Of a stretch of DNA of 64,000 nucleotides, positions 17,236 through 26,255 are shown in pieces; position 1 is the stretch's first letter; every line of letters starts with the position of its first letter. A program made the translations under genes and the position numbers. The DNA is from a virus. The stretch lies in IMG/VR virus record IMGVR_UViG_3300046777_002497, positions 10,079-74,078 of that record. One strand, written 5' to 3'. Below the pieces are notes generated by a model that was not told the origin of the DNA, did no database searches, and saw nothing but the letters and a program-made list of their open reading frames with translations.

Positions 17236-17577
17236 TCAAATCGTATAAGGAGTGCGTGAATAATTTGCTAATTCCTTTTCCAATTGCGCAAGTTTATGCT
17301 GGTAAAATAAATAAGCTTGCTGCCTAGTTTTTCCTGATGGCATTTGCATGATTTCCTGAAAAATTTCTTTTAGACATTCACATGCAGCTTCGTAACGTAA
17401 CTGCTTATAAATCTTTTCGCCGCCAAGTTCATCGATAATGAAATCATCAAAGATTTCTTTTGCTTTTGTTAAATATTTTTGGCGCGTAGACTGATAATGT
17501 TTTCCAAAGCTTCCGTTTCTAAGTTGTTTTTCAGTGGGGAGAGAAATGTCAGTGGTGAATGCAAGATGATTTGCCAT
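17236..17577 (-). CDS. Hypothetical protein
   Basis: 113-aa AT-rich ORF. Confidence 0.55.
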   Translation of the reverse strand: MANHLAFTTDISLPTEKQLRNGSFGKHYQSTRQKYLTKAKEIFDDFIIDELGGEKIYKQLRYEAACECLKEIFQEIMQMPSGKTRQQAYLFYQHKLAQLEKELANYSRTPYTI

Positions 17578-17715
17578 TTTCTTGAGAGAGAAGGGAAAGG
17601 GCTGCGGGGGCAGCCCTTGGCTGGGCTAGGCCAAGCTTCACGAGGCAAGGCTTTAACGACACTCAGTTGCCGGTAACGCTCCAATGAAAAAAATTGGGCG
17701 AGACAATGGTAATGG

Positions 17716-18090
17716 CTATTGCGTGACGTTGGCACAGAGCGTGGCCACCATCATTGCTTCGCCTGGTTTTGCGCCTTTAGCAATGGGACTGCGCCAGCCA
17801 TTCCATTTACCAGCTTCCGTGGTGTTCACTTGTAGGAGCGGGCAACTCACGGCGATGTAGGAAGGAGTTTGGGCAGATTCTCCTTTGCATGAGCGTAGTG
17901 TGGTGCGCACGCCATCACTTGCTAGCTTCCATTGTCCCCATTGGTACGTGCAATCGCCAAAGGAACGTTCAGCGGCTGCAGGAGCTTGTTGCATGATCTT
18001 CTCTAGGATTTCTTGCTGGCGATTCTTTACTGGCTCCTGTTGAACCATAGGAGGCAGTTCGGGCAGGGCAGTGGCGATGAGAGGAATCAT
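17716..18090 (-). CDS. Hypothetical Cys-containing protein
   Basis: 124 aa, four Cys. Confidence 0.55.
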   Translation of the reverse strand: MIPLIATALPELPPMVQQEPVKNRQQEILEKIMQQAPAAAERSFGDCTYQWGQWKLASDGVRTTLRSCKGESAQTPSYIAVSCPLLQVNTTEAGKWNGWRSPIAKGAKPGEAMMVATLCANVTQ

Positions 18091-18350
18091 GAGAATGCAG
18101 AAGATTGTTGTTTTTGGTGAGCAGTTTGTGCTGGCAGCATTATCCAGCCGGTGTAATTAGGAGAAGAGCGATCTACGCGGATTAGTCCTTTCTTTTCAAG
18201 AGCAGCAAGAGCATTTAAATACGCTTCCAGGCGATTGCCAACAAGGCAGCTTTTTGGTATGAAGCATGGAGCATTTTTGTTGCGCTTCTGATAAACAAGG
18301 AAATAGGAATAAAGATTGCGCTGGTTAATTGAAAGTCCAGAATTAAGCAT
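18087..18350 (-). CDS. Putative winged-helix DNA-binding protein
   Basis: LSINQRNLY...ALAALEKKGLIRV. Confidence 0.45.
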   Translation of the reverse strand: MLNSGLSINQRNLYSYFLVYQKRNKNAPCFIPKSCLVGNRLEAYLNALAALEKKGLIRVDRSSPNYTGWIMLPAQTAHQKQQSSAFS

Positions 18351-18352
18351 TG

Positions 18353-18589
18353 TCAGAAGATTTCATTGAAATACTGTTCAGCTTCCCATTTGTGGTCAAA
18401 GATGCCATAGGAAGTATCGTGAAGCTGCAGCTCAGTGATGCGTTCCCAACCGTAAGCTTCCCACTTTTGGGAGCCATCAGCGCAGAGGAATTGTCTGACG
18501 CCATAACCAGAGTGTTGCGCTTGACGATCCGCTTCGAGCTTGGCTAGGTAAGGGCTGGTTCTCCAGCCTTCAACTACTTTGTGAAACAT
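18353..18589 (-). CDS. Hypothetical protein
   Basis: 78-aa ORF. Confidence 0.55.
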   Translation of the reverse strand: MFHKVVEGWRTSPYLAKLEADRQAQHSGYGVRQFLCADGSQKWEAYGWERITELQLHDTSYGIFDHKWEAEQYFNEIF

Positions 18590-18592
18590 TGC

Positions 18593-18871
18593 TCAAAAGG
18601 AAATGGATTGGCCGTTTGCTTTAACACTGATCACGCGCTCGCAATCAAAGGAACGCCAGGCGCCTTCACCTGCGCTACGAGCAATGGAGAAATCGCGGCA
18701 ACGGACAATGCTGGGCTTTTTAATGGCAGTGCCAGTGCCCTTGATTTCCTTGCTATCGCGAGGATTGAACTGAAGGCTGCGAACGGAACCATCAGCCTTG
18801 ATGAACTGCACGCTGACAATGCTGCTGCCAGCATTGAAGATGAACTGCTTGACGAGAGCGGTTTTGTCCAT
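18593..18871 (-). CDS. WYL/Sm-like SH3-barrel protein (DUF2693-like)
   Basis: FIKADGSVR...WRSF motif. Confidence 0.65.
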   Translation of the reverse strand: MDKTALVKQFIFNAGSSIVSVQFIKADGSVRSLQFNPRDSKEIKGTGTAIKKPSIVRCRDFSIARSAGEGAWRSFDCERVISVKANGQSISF

Positions 18872-18900
18872 GAGAGGAGGCATCGCTGCCAGACGACTAG

Positions 18901-18955
18901 AGAACAATACAGGAGAAAGGCCCCAGAAATGGGGCCTGTAACAAAGCTTTACATT
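18901..18955 (-). promoter_or_regulatory. Repeated promoter module copy 3
   Basis: GTAACAAA-GC-TTTACATT located 28 nt from ACAATA. Confidence 0.65.
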
Positions 18956-19206
18956 TGATCGCAAATGCCCATCAGCACTTCACCCACGTATTTCCTTGCT
19001 GCTTCAATGTGGCCAAAAGCTTCAGAGCGCTCATCACGAGCTTGATAGTAAGCATCAGGACCTTGTGGATAAAAATCCCTTCCGTTGCATGTTGTAGAGG
19101 CAAAAGCCTCTAAGGCTTTGGTGAGAGCATCGTAAGCAGAAGCATATTCATCTCTGAGATCAGTCTTGGAAGTACCGTTGAGATGGAGAGTGGGGATGGT
19201 AGTCAT
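18949..19206 (-). CDS. Hypothetical phage protein
   Basis: MTTIPTLHLNGT...NGRDFYPQG. Confidence 0.6.
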   Translation of the reverse strand: MTTIPTLHLNGTSKTDLRDEYASAYDALTKALEAFASTTCNGRDFYPQGPDAYYQARDERSEAFGHIEAARKYVGEVLMGICDQM

Positions 19207-19228
19207 GGTTGCGAGAGGCGCGAACAAA

Positions 19229-19283
19229 GGAACAATACATGAGAAAGGGGCCTGGTGGCCCCGTTGTTGCATTTCGCAACATT
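19229..19283 (-). promoter_or_regulatory. Repeated promoter module copy 4
   Basis: GTTGCATT-TC-GCAACATT located 28 nt from ACAATA. Confidence 0.55.
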
Positions 19284-19486
19284 TACTGAAGGCTCTCAAT
19301 GCGGAAAGGCTTGAGACGCCCTATTCGCAAGGCTTTTTCCTTAACGAACTGTTGACTATTTGTTTTTGTATTCTTGATTTTGTATAAACCAGTTTCAGGA
19401 ATAACTTTTGTAATAATATATTCTCCTCTCCATTGTTTAAAGCCAAAGTCATACAAATCGACGATGGTGCCAATAGAGAATTTCAT
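19283..19486 (-). CDS. Hypothetical protein (SH3/KOW-like)
   Basis: MKFSIGTIV... Confidence 0.5.
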   Translation of the reverse strand: MKFSIGTIVDLYDFGFKQWRGEYIITKVIPETGLYKIKNTKTNSQQFVKEKALRIGRLKPFRIESLQ

Positions 19487-19674
19487 GAGGACAACAGACG
19501 CTTGATGTCTCGCTCCACATTCTTTAATGCACGCCAATCAGTGCAGCTTGTGCTGCAAACGAGAGTCTTGCCAGAAGAATGCTTAAACACATAGTGTTTA
19601 TTCTTGCGATGAAGAACAAAACCATGCTTTTTAACAAGATCGAGCAATGCGCGTCTATTGTCCTTTAATGCCAT
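19483..19674 (-). CDS. HicA-like protein
   Basis: 63 aa, HGF...KHYVFKH..G pattern. Confidence 0.55.
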   Translation of the reverse strand: MALKDNRRALLDLVKKHGFVLHRKNKHYVFKHSSGKTLVCSTSCTDWRALKNVERDIKRLLSS

Positions 19675-19913
19675 TACAAATAGCGCCAGATATGATCTTC
19701 CATGCTGTCAGCTAATGTGCGGAAATAAGCTTTTGTGCGCTTGTATGGTTTGCTCGCTGGGGCATGATCAGGCGCTTTAGAAACAACGGCCAAAAGCTTA
19801 GCGCGAGCAGCAAGACGATCATTCTGAGAATAGCTAGTCAGTTCATAGCCTGCATTTTTGACCATGCGGGCAATGGCACGTTGAGAGCGCGTGAGAAAAG
19901 GGGTGTGAGTCAT
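19674..19913 (-). CDS. Hypothetical protein
   Basis: Start MTHTP; upstream TTGACA-17-TATTGT promoter near 19977-20005. Confidence 0.55.
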   Translation of the reverse strand: MTHTPFLTRSQRAIARMVKNAGYELTSYSQNDRLAARAKLLAVVSKAPDHAPASKPYKRTKAYFRTLADSMEDHIWRYL

Positions 19914-19986
19914 TAGAGGAACCATCGCTGGTGAAGGAAGGAAAGGCTCCTTTCGGAGCCCCTTTGCTTCCATGGGGACAATAGGG

Positions 19987-20187
19987 CTACTGAACTGCGT
20001 TGTCAAGAGGATCAACTTTAAAGCCGTTGGCAATGCGGCAGTAGCGCTCCGGATGGAGCTTTAGGCATTCTGTCAAGCCCTCTTGGTTTGGCATTGCCTG
20101 AGGAGCTGCGACAATGGCAAAAGCACCAATACCAAAAGCGCAAGAAAACAGCGCGAAAGAAGCCACGTTACGAAGCATGGTCATCAC
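19987..20187 (-). CDS. Small secreted/membrane protein
   Basis: Hydrophobic N-terminus, C..LHPERYC. Confidence 0.5.
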   Translation of the reverse strand: MMTMLRNVASFALFSCAFGIGAFAIVAAPQAMPNQEGLTECLKLHPERYCRIANGFKVDPLDNAVQ

Positions 20188-20540
20188 AAGCGAGAGAAGC
20201 AAATACGGGCAGTCCCCTGCCCAGGCGAAGCAAGTCTTGAAAAACTGCCGTAGGACAAGTCAAGAATGCGCCCGCCGTAGTATGGGCCGCGATCATTGAC
20301 TGTCACCACTGTTTGCCTTCCATTGTCACGATTTGTCACGAGAAGGCGCGTGCCAAATGGAAGCCATGGATGGGCAGCAATAGAACCGTAGGCATCAAAC
20401 CTGACGCCACTGGCAGTGCGTTGCCCGTGATAGGAATCCCCCACGCCATAGTGCGAGGCTTCGCCGCATTGCCTTGACGCAGCATGGGCAGGGATGGCAG
20501 GAGCCAAAAGGAACAGAGAAAGAAGAAATCGTGAAAGCAT
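20184..20540 (-). CDS. rlpA: RlpA-like lytic transglycosylase (DPBB) with signal peptide
   Basis: ASHYG, TASG, AAH..LPFGT, VNDRGP, RILDLS. Confidence 0.88.
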   Translation of the reverse strand: MLSRFLLSLFLLAPAIPAHAASRQCGEASHYGVGDSYHGQRTASGVRFDAYGSIAAHPWLPFGTRLLVTNRDNGRQTVVTVNDRGPYYGGRILDLSYGSFSRLASPGQGTARICFSRL

Positions 20541-20840
20541 CAAAATGGTGAAAGAGCTAGAGAGGCCCATCGCCCTCGCGGACGACGGTTTTACCATTGT
20601 GCCATGCCTGTCAAGCATGCCGTCGTGAGCAGCAGCATGTGTTACAGTTTGTGAGCAGTCGGTTCTAGCGGCTTAATTGCCGCTCCTGTCGCAAGGCGGG
20701 CCGTGAGGGTGAACGCTTGACGGTGGCGTGGGTGATGCTGTATGGCTTCGCCAAGGAGCTAGTCATTCTCCTGAGAGGCACGCCGCCCTTCTAGGCGAGG
20801 AGTTTTCCCCTGGTTGTGTTCAAGCATCGGAGACTGTAAA

Positions 20841-20870
20841 GAAAAGGGGGCTTTGGCCCCCTTTTCTTTT
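20841..20870. terminator. Bidirectional terminator-like hairpin
   Basis: GAAAAGGGGGC-TTTG-GCCCCCTTTTCTTTT. Confidence 0.7.
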
Positions 20871-20905
20871 GTCTAGATAAGCTATAGAAGATTAGTTGGT
20901 TTTCT

Positions 20906-21106
20906 ATGGAAAGCAAATTGTCTTCTGAGCAGGAACGTGAACGTCTTGCACGATGGCTTAGTCGAGGAGAAGTTTATATTCCACCGAGCGAAGAAGTTTA
21001 TGATCCTCGAAATGAAGATGATTATTCAACGTGGGATGTAGGCATGGAGCCTATTCCTGGCGATCATACATGGGCAAAAGAAAAGGCTCCCGATGGAGCC
21101 TTTTGA
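20906..21106 (+). CDS. Hypothetical protein
   Basis: 66-aa acidic ORF. Confidence 0.5.
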   Translation: MESKLSSEQERERLARWLSRGEVYIPPSEEVYDPRNEDDYSTWDVGMEPIPGDHTWAKEKAPDGAF

Positions 21107-21113
21107 TTAGAAA

Positions 21114-21266
21114 TTAGAAACTGTCTTCACGCTTCCGCCTCTTGCGAGTACGACACTCTTCTAGCTCATTAAGAACTTGCAGCCACACAAAAACTGCGAA
21201 CCCAGCAAGAGTAATGACAAGAGCACCATAAACCGCGCAAACCAAAAAGACAAAGTAGGTCGACAT
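21114..21266 (-). CDS. Small membrane protein (50 aa)
   Basis: Manual translation MSTYFVFLVCAVYGALVITLAGFAVFVWL...RKRRKREDSF. Confidence 0.5.
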   Translation of the reverse strand: MSTYFVFLVCAVYGALVITLAGFAVFVWLQVLNELEECRTRKRRKREDSF

Positions 21267-21283
21267 AGCTGTCAAGGTTCGGA

Positions 21284-21481
21284 CTAAATGGCGTTTCGCC
21301 TTAGAAACTTAATCATAAGCTGATGAGCTTCCCCGGCATCCGCAATGAACTGGCCTCGGTAGTGGAAGCCTTCCTTGTCGATGCGGATCACTTCTTCCGT
21401 TTTTTCCCGCAGTACGATCCTGTTAAGCGGATCGACGATACGTGTCGTATCTAAGGTCGCTGTGATTGGAAGTTCAGTCAT
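21284..21481 (-). CDS. Hypothetical protein
   Basis: EVIRIDKEGFHYRGQFIADAGEA. Confidence 0.55.
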   Translation of the reverse strand: MTELPITATLDTTRIVDPLNRIVLREKTEEVIRIDKEGFHYRGQFIADAGEAHQLMIKFLRRNAI

Positions 21482-21669
21482 TGTGCCTCCAGTTCATCGG
21501 CGATGGCGAGAAGGGCTTTCTCGTCAATGATGGGGTGGTCAGTATGCCCATAAGCCAACTGACTAGCAGCAGCTCGCAGGGCGGCGGCTATGTCATCATT
21601 CCTGTACCAGGTTTTGCGGCCAGTAGCGTCCAGCACCGCCTGCGCGGCGGGAGAGAAAGGTTTAGTCAT
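21478..21669 (-). CDS. 'SPAAQAVL' family small protein
   Basis: Paralog of 40872..41102. Confidence 0.7.
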   Translation of the reverse strand: MTKPFSPAAQAVLDATGRKTWYRNDDIAAALRAAASQLAYGHTDHPIIDEKALLAIADELEAQ

Positions 21670-21841
21670 CAGGCTGTTCTTCCGCAAGCGGTAGTGAGGG
21701 GCCAAGGCTTTCGAGCCAACACAACATGCACCAATGACCTTCGTAGCCTTCGATATTGCTGCTGATGTGGTATTCATGCGTACCATGCTTGGGACACACA
21801 ATTTGCTTCTGGGAAATTTTCAGATTCAAGAAATCAGTCAT
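21662..21841 (-). CDS. Small Zn-finger protein (CPKH...CxxC)
   Basis: Paralog of 41478..41654. Confidence 0.7.
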   Translation of the reverse strand: MTDFLNLKISQKQIVCPKHGTHEYHISSNIEGYEGHWCMLCWLESLGPSLPLAEEQPDD

Positions 21842-22163
21842 TGATCTGCTCCAATGCGCGATGGATGATGTCGATGTCTTCAGGCTCAAGCTCCATGCGT
21901 CCGTCCAATGTGTAGCCACATTCGAGAAGCACTCGCATGGCCTGTTTTTTTAGACTCGGCGGTTTGGGCCTGCGTGCGGCAAAAAGCGCCTCATGTTCAT
22001 ACTCGTGACCTTCTAACTTCAGCCACTCACAGCACGCCTCCAGCTCTTGGTCTGCGCCCCATTGGGCGGCTTTACGGGCTAGGCCGTACTTGGTGGAGTG
22101 ATCTTGCATCCACTGCTCTATTAGGTGCGGCGGTGGCACCTTGGAATAATCTCCTTGGGTCAT
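21834..22163 (-). CDS. 'GADQELEAC' family protein, copy 1
   Basis: Shared PPP.LI..W, WGADQELEAC, ARRPKPPSLK motifs. Confidence 0.75.
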   Translation of the reverse strand: MTQGDYSKVPPPHLIEQWMQDHSTKYGLARKAAQWGADQELEACCEWLKLEGHEYEHEALFAARRPKPPSLKKQAMRVLLECGYTLDGRMELEPEDIDIIHRALEQIND

Positions 22164-22182
22164 GGGTAATTAGTGGAAGCGA

Positions 22183-22539
22183 CTACTTGTTGTCGGGGAG
22201 TTGTTCAAGGGCGCGGCGGATGGTGTCAGCCTGTATTCCGCTTAAACAGCCCCTATCAAAAGCAATGCGCAAATCGTCAAGCGCCAGCTCCTTCAAGCTC
22301 GGTGGCTTGGGACGGCGTGCGGCGCGCAAAGCCGGAATGGCTTTGCCGTCATCGCCCCAGTAACCCATGCGTTTCATCCAGTCAATGCACCCCTCCAGCT
22401 CCTGATCTGCGCCCCATTGCGCGGCGCGGGTGGCTAAGTCAATAGAGCCTTCACCCGGAGTAAGAGGTGCGCCGAAAAAGTCACTGACCCAGCCTTCGAT
22501 TAGCGCGGGCGGTGGGGTTACGGGATGTTCTTGTGTCAT
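22183..22539 (-). CDS. 'GADQELEAC' family protein, copy 2
   Basis: Same motifs. Confidence 0.75.
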   Translation of the reverse strand: MTQEHPVTPPPALIEGWVSDFFGAPLTPGEGSIDLATRAAQWGADQELEGCIDWMKRMGYWGDDGKAIPALRAARRPKPPSLKELALDDLRIAFDRGCLSGIQADTIRRALEQLPDNK

Positions 22540-22558
22540 GGGTGATTAGTGGTAATGA

Positions 22559-22918
22559 CTACTCGTTATCGGGCAAGGATTCAAGTACAGCGCGGATGAG
22601 CTTGTAGTTCTGGATGCTCAACTCAGCCTGCTCTTCATCCAAAGCTTCTAACGCCTGCTCTTTCAAGCTCGGCGGTTTGGGGCGGCGAGCGGTCCAGATG
22701 TCTTCGGCTAAACGAACACGGTCACTGGTTTCGTCAATGTAGAAAATTCCCGCTCCGTCAATGATCTCCATGCGACATGCCTCCAGCTCATCGTCTGCTC
22801 CTGCTCTGTAAATATCTTCAAACATTGCATAGAGCGATCTCCCTGCTTCAAACTGTTCTGACCACTTCTGGATCAGTTCCGGTGGTGGAGTGATGGGGAA
22901 AGAATGATTCTCAGTCAT
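22559..22918 (-). CDS. 'GADQELEAC' family protein, copy 3
   Basis: Same motifs (GADDELEAC). Confidence 0.75.
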   Translation of the reverse strand: MTENHSFPITPPPELIQKWSEQFEAGRSLYAMFEDIYRAGADDELEACRMEIIDGAGIFYIDETSDRVRLAEDIWTARRPKPPSLKEQALEALDEEQAELSIQNYKLIRAVLESLPDNE

Positions 22919-22988
22919 TTTCAATGCCAATAGCCTGTTTGTTTGCATAGTCACTTACCAAGTGATTAGAGCAAATCACTTGTGTCGT

Positions 22989-23180
22989 TCAATTGATATG
23001 CAAATACTGCCAACGCAGCAAAGCTGGAATAGAAGCAGGCTCAAGGCCCATGTCTTCAAGCACAAGTTCAAACCATTCTGCCATGACATCAATCACTGCA
23101 ATCACTTGCGGATCATCAGGAAGAATGTCATCTTCCATGGCTTCTGCAATCATTTGCTGAAGTTTGGTGAATTTGTTCAT
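22989..23180 (-). CDS. Hypothetical protein
   Basis: 63-aa ORF. Confidence 0.5.
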   Translation of the reverse strand: MNKFTKLQQMIAEAMEDDILPDDPQVIAVIDVMAEWFELVLEDMGLEPASIPALLRWQYLHIN

Positions 23181-23182
23181 GA

Positions 23183-23356
23183 TTAAATGCCAGTGGCAGC
23201 ACGGTAAAGTTTAAGGCACAAAAGCTCATGCTTTTGTTTCCATAGTTCTAAACGACCCTCTAATTGCTGGAGACTGAGCTGTCTGTTTAAGCGTTGAGGA
23301 CGTTCCCAGTCAAGCTCAGGATCGTTGTCGTAGTCACCATCAGTAAAGAAGGCCAT
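23183..23356 (-). CDS. Hypothetical protein (57 aa)
   Basis: Manual translation MAFFTDGDYDNDPELDWERP... Confidence 0.5.
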   Translation of the reverse strand: MAFFTDGDYDNDPELDWERPQRLNRQLSLQQLEGRLELWKQKHELLCLKLYRAATGI

Positions 23357-23358
23357 AG

Positions 23359-23775
23359 TCAGAAAGCTCCTTCTTTGATGGCACGCGAGTAAGAAAGCAT
23401 ATATTCTTCCAGATCTGTGCCAGTAGGAGTTTCTTCAACAATCTGTTCATGATCCTTTTGTGCTTGCTTTAGAGAGGCTTGAAAAATGTGCTTGATAGAA
23501 CCGAGCGCAATGCGCTGCTTAATATTCGGCTCATCGTCAATTGCCTGCTCTAATGTGCAAACAAAATCTTGAAGCTCCTTCACTGTGATAGGCACGCTGG
23601 CAATGGGAGAGCCGAAGCTCATTACCAAGCGATTGTCAGAAGTGAAGGCTGAAAGCTTCTCTCCCCAATGATAAAACCTTACAGTCATTGCTTTAAAGAG
23701 AAAGGGCATGCAAGCTCTCGCCCGCATGTCCTGTAGTATGCCGCCTTTAGCGGGCCGAGTCAAGCGTTGTAACAA
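23359..23775 (-). CDS. Hypothetical protein
   Basis: Real start probably MTVRF (about 23688), after a TTGACT-17-CATACT promoter. Confidence 0.55.
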   Translation of the reverse strand: MLQRLTRPAKGGILQDMRARACMPFLFKAMTVRFYHWGEKLSAFTSDNRLVMSFGSPIASVPITVKELQDFVCTLEQAIDDEPNIKQRIALGSIKHIFQASLKQAQKDHEQIVEETPTGTDLEEYMLSYSRAIKEGAF

Positions 23776-24200
23776 TGCTTAACAGAGCCTGCTCTTTCCC
23801 TGAGCTCAAGCGTGGTGCGATAAGCCGCCTTATGGCTTGGCAGAGGTCTGTCCCGCCATTTGGTGGCAATGCAGTGGCATGCGCCCATGGGCTCTAGCAC
23901 TACGTGCCTGTTGGTCCTGTCCAGCAAGATTTGCAAGGCCTGGCGCTTTCGCTTGGAAAGGCCAGGCTCTGGCTCTTCAATGCCCACTCGCGCATAGTCC
24001 GCTAGCTCAGAAAGATCGTCTAGCGAATTGGTCGTGATAACAAAATGGCGTCCACGACGCTGAGCCTTGTTCCATGCAGGATGGATGTTTTCTGCTGCTA
24101 AAGCTTTGGCATCTTCTTGAAGCTCAGGAGGAAGCACAATATGAACCGTGGGCGCCAGTGGTGTGCCTTCAACAATGAAGGAAGGCTGATGGGTGTCCAT
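23760..24200 (-). CDS. Hypothetical protein
   Basis: 146-aa ORF. Confidence 0.55.
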   Translation of the reverse strand: MDTHQPSFIVEGTPLAPTVHIVLPPELQEDAKALAAENIHPAWNKAQRRGRHFVITTNSLDDLSELADYARVGIEEPEPGLSKRKRQALQILLDRTNRHVVLEPMGACHCIATKWRDRPLPSHKAAYRTTLELRERAGSVKHCYNA

Positions 24201-24525
24201 GAAGAATCAATGGAAAAGGAATTCACGGCTTTTGAAGATAACAAGCGTGTTGCCCCATGTGCGACGAGGAAGCAATGCTTGAGAGCCCATACTGTTCTGC
24301 CAGCTAATTGAAAGCGGGCCTATCCACATTGTTCCCCAATCGCTGCTGCAAATGATGCCGATGAAATCGTTCATTGTTCGGGAAGAGGCTTGATTTCTTC
24401 AATCATGGCAATCTTAATGTCAGGGCGCATTGCAAGCATAAAATGTTCAGCTTGTTTAGGAGAAATGGCGCCAAGAGCAATAGTTTTACCTTCGGAAGTG
24501 GTGATTTTGAAAGTGCGACAAGGAG

Positions 24526-24960
24526 TCATAAGTCTTCCTCGATGTGTTCAAGAATGGCTTGAGAGAGTTCTTTCTCTAGCATAATTTTCCAATCCTTATC
24601 ACCGCCTAAACTTCCCACTTCACAAATGAGATGGAGACTGTCTGAAATGCGAGTGGCATCCATCATGCACGCCACTGCTTCTGGCATTTGACCAATGCCA
24701 AACAAGTCCTCTGCTGCGTCCGTATGGGCTTCAAACCACTTCCCTAGGCAGTACAGCGCCACCTGGCGGTAGGTTTCATCACCATAGTGTTCTAGAAAGC
24801 TTTCAATGGCAGTGTGGAGCTTAGGAGGCACGCCTACAGTGGCATGATCGCTGATATGGGGAGCAATGGAAGCAGAGATGGCTTCACGCTTTCCCTGCTT
24901 TGCTGCAGCAGCTTCACGCAGGAATGCTTCAGCAGTGGAAAAAGTAAAATCTGAGGACAA
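24526..24960 (-). CDS. Hypothetical protein
   Basis: 144-aa ORF. Confidence 0.6.
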   Translation of the reverse strand: MSSDFTFSTAEAFLREAAAAKQGKREAISASIAPHISDHATVGVPPKLHTAIESFLEHYGDETYRQVALYCLGKWFEAHTDAAEDLFGIGQMPEAVACMMDATRISDSLHLICEVGSLGGDKDWKIMLEKELSQAILEHIEEDL

Positions 24961-25005
24961 TGGAAGGGAGCAACAATGACAGTGTGCTCACGCTAGCGCC
25001 GCTTG

Positions 25006-25758
25006 TCAATAGTCGTTCTCATTAATTGTTTGTAAAGGAATGGTTTCAGGCCATTCTTCTTTCTCGGGCTCAGTCTCGAACGATACTGGCGAGGCCGATG
25101 CAGGCAAAGAATTCTCGCGGCGTTCTTCCGTAGCCTTCGCTTCTTTCTCCTTTGCAATGGTGGAAGAAAGATCTTGCAGGAATTTGCGGTAGGACGTGTC
25201 CTGCTGCTCAACAGGCTTGTGCTCGTTAAGGCCAAGCAGCTTCGCCTGTTCTACCAAGCTGTTCTTGGCCACGTTGAGGAACGATGGATCACCAGCACTC
25301 TCTTCGATTTTGACCATCTCCTTACCGCCTTCACCATCGCCTTCCATGATCGTGACAGTGCGTTTCTTCTTGCTGCCTTCAAAGCTATTGAGCGCCAGGT
25401 CCTTGAGGTCCATCTGCTCTTTTAGGAGACGTGCACGATGCACGTCTTGGTTTTTCAGGATTTCTTCTGTATATAGCTGCCTATTGAAATGCCGGTCTCC
25501 ATTAACTGTTTCCTTGCTTAGCTTGAGAACATTTGCAATTTGGCGATTGCTCATTCTGGCAGCAAGAAGCTCTTGCACCATCCATCGCCTAAGGCCAAGC
25601 ATTTCTTTGCTATAACCAGCGGCGCCAGTGCCACCATTCACTTTTGTTTCACGCACTGCTTCAAATTGCGTGAGACTGATGCCGGCTTTCTTTAATGCAT
25701 TAGCAGCGTATTGAAGCTCCTGTTCTGGGCTCTCGAAATCAATCTCAGGCTTAGCCAT
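25006..25758 (-). CDS. HTH protein, candidate terminase small subunit
   Basis: MSNRQIANVLKLSKETV HTH, coiled helix, GDPSFL...AKLLGL. Confidence 0.5.
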   Translation of the reverse strand: MAKPEIDFESPEQELQYAANALKKAGISLTQFEAVRETKVNGGTGAAGYSKEMLGLRRWMVQELLAARMSNRQIANVLKLSKETVNGDRHFNRQLYTEEILKNQDVHRARLLKEQMDLKDLALNSFEGSKKKRTVTIMEGDGEGGKEMVKIEESAGDPSFLNVAKNSLVEQAKLLGLNEHKPVEQQDTSYRKFLQDLSSTIAKEKEAKATEERRENSLPASASPVSFETEPEKEEWPETIPLQTINENDY

Positions 25759-25988
25759 TACGTCGCGCTATTCTCTAATGAATTGTATCTCCTTTTCCAT
25801 GGAGAGAACGAACAAATAGTTCAGTGAAACGCTCCATTTGAGCGGTGGCCATACTCGCTGGATAGCCATCAATCGCTTTTTTCAAGCTACATAGCTCTTG
25901 CCATTCTTCTTGCGAAAGCTCTTCTTCTGACGATGCAGGGAAAATGGTCATAGCAAAAGGGGCGCACCAAGCGCCCCGTTCCAGAAAA

Positions 25989-26255
25989 TCAATGATACTG
26001 CCAAAAGGCTTGATCCATCAAGGCATCTAGTTCTACCAAGCGTTTAGGACAATACTTCCTTACAAACTCCTCCATTTCTCCATGGAAGGAACTAATAATT
26101 TCTGCATAAGCAGCATCCAATCCTGCTTGTACTAACTCATCACCAGTTTCGCGGCGATAAGCTACGGCCATGCAAGATTTAGGACTGTCGCAATATTCGT
26201 TCTTGATTGTCTCAGGCATCGTTCTCCTCCTGCTCAATGGTAAAGCCGCTATCAA
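25989..26255 (-). CDS. Hypothetical protein
   Basis: ORF, start probably MPETI. Confidence 0.5.
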   Translation of the reverse strand: MIAALPLSRRRTMPETIKNEYCDSPKSCMAVAYRRETGDELVQAGLDAAYAEIISSFHGEMEEFVRKYCPKRLVELDALMDQAFWQYH

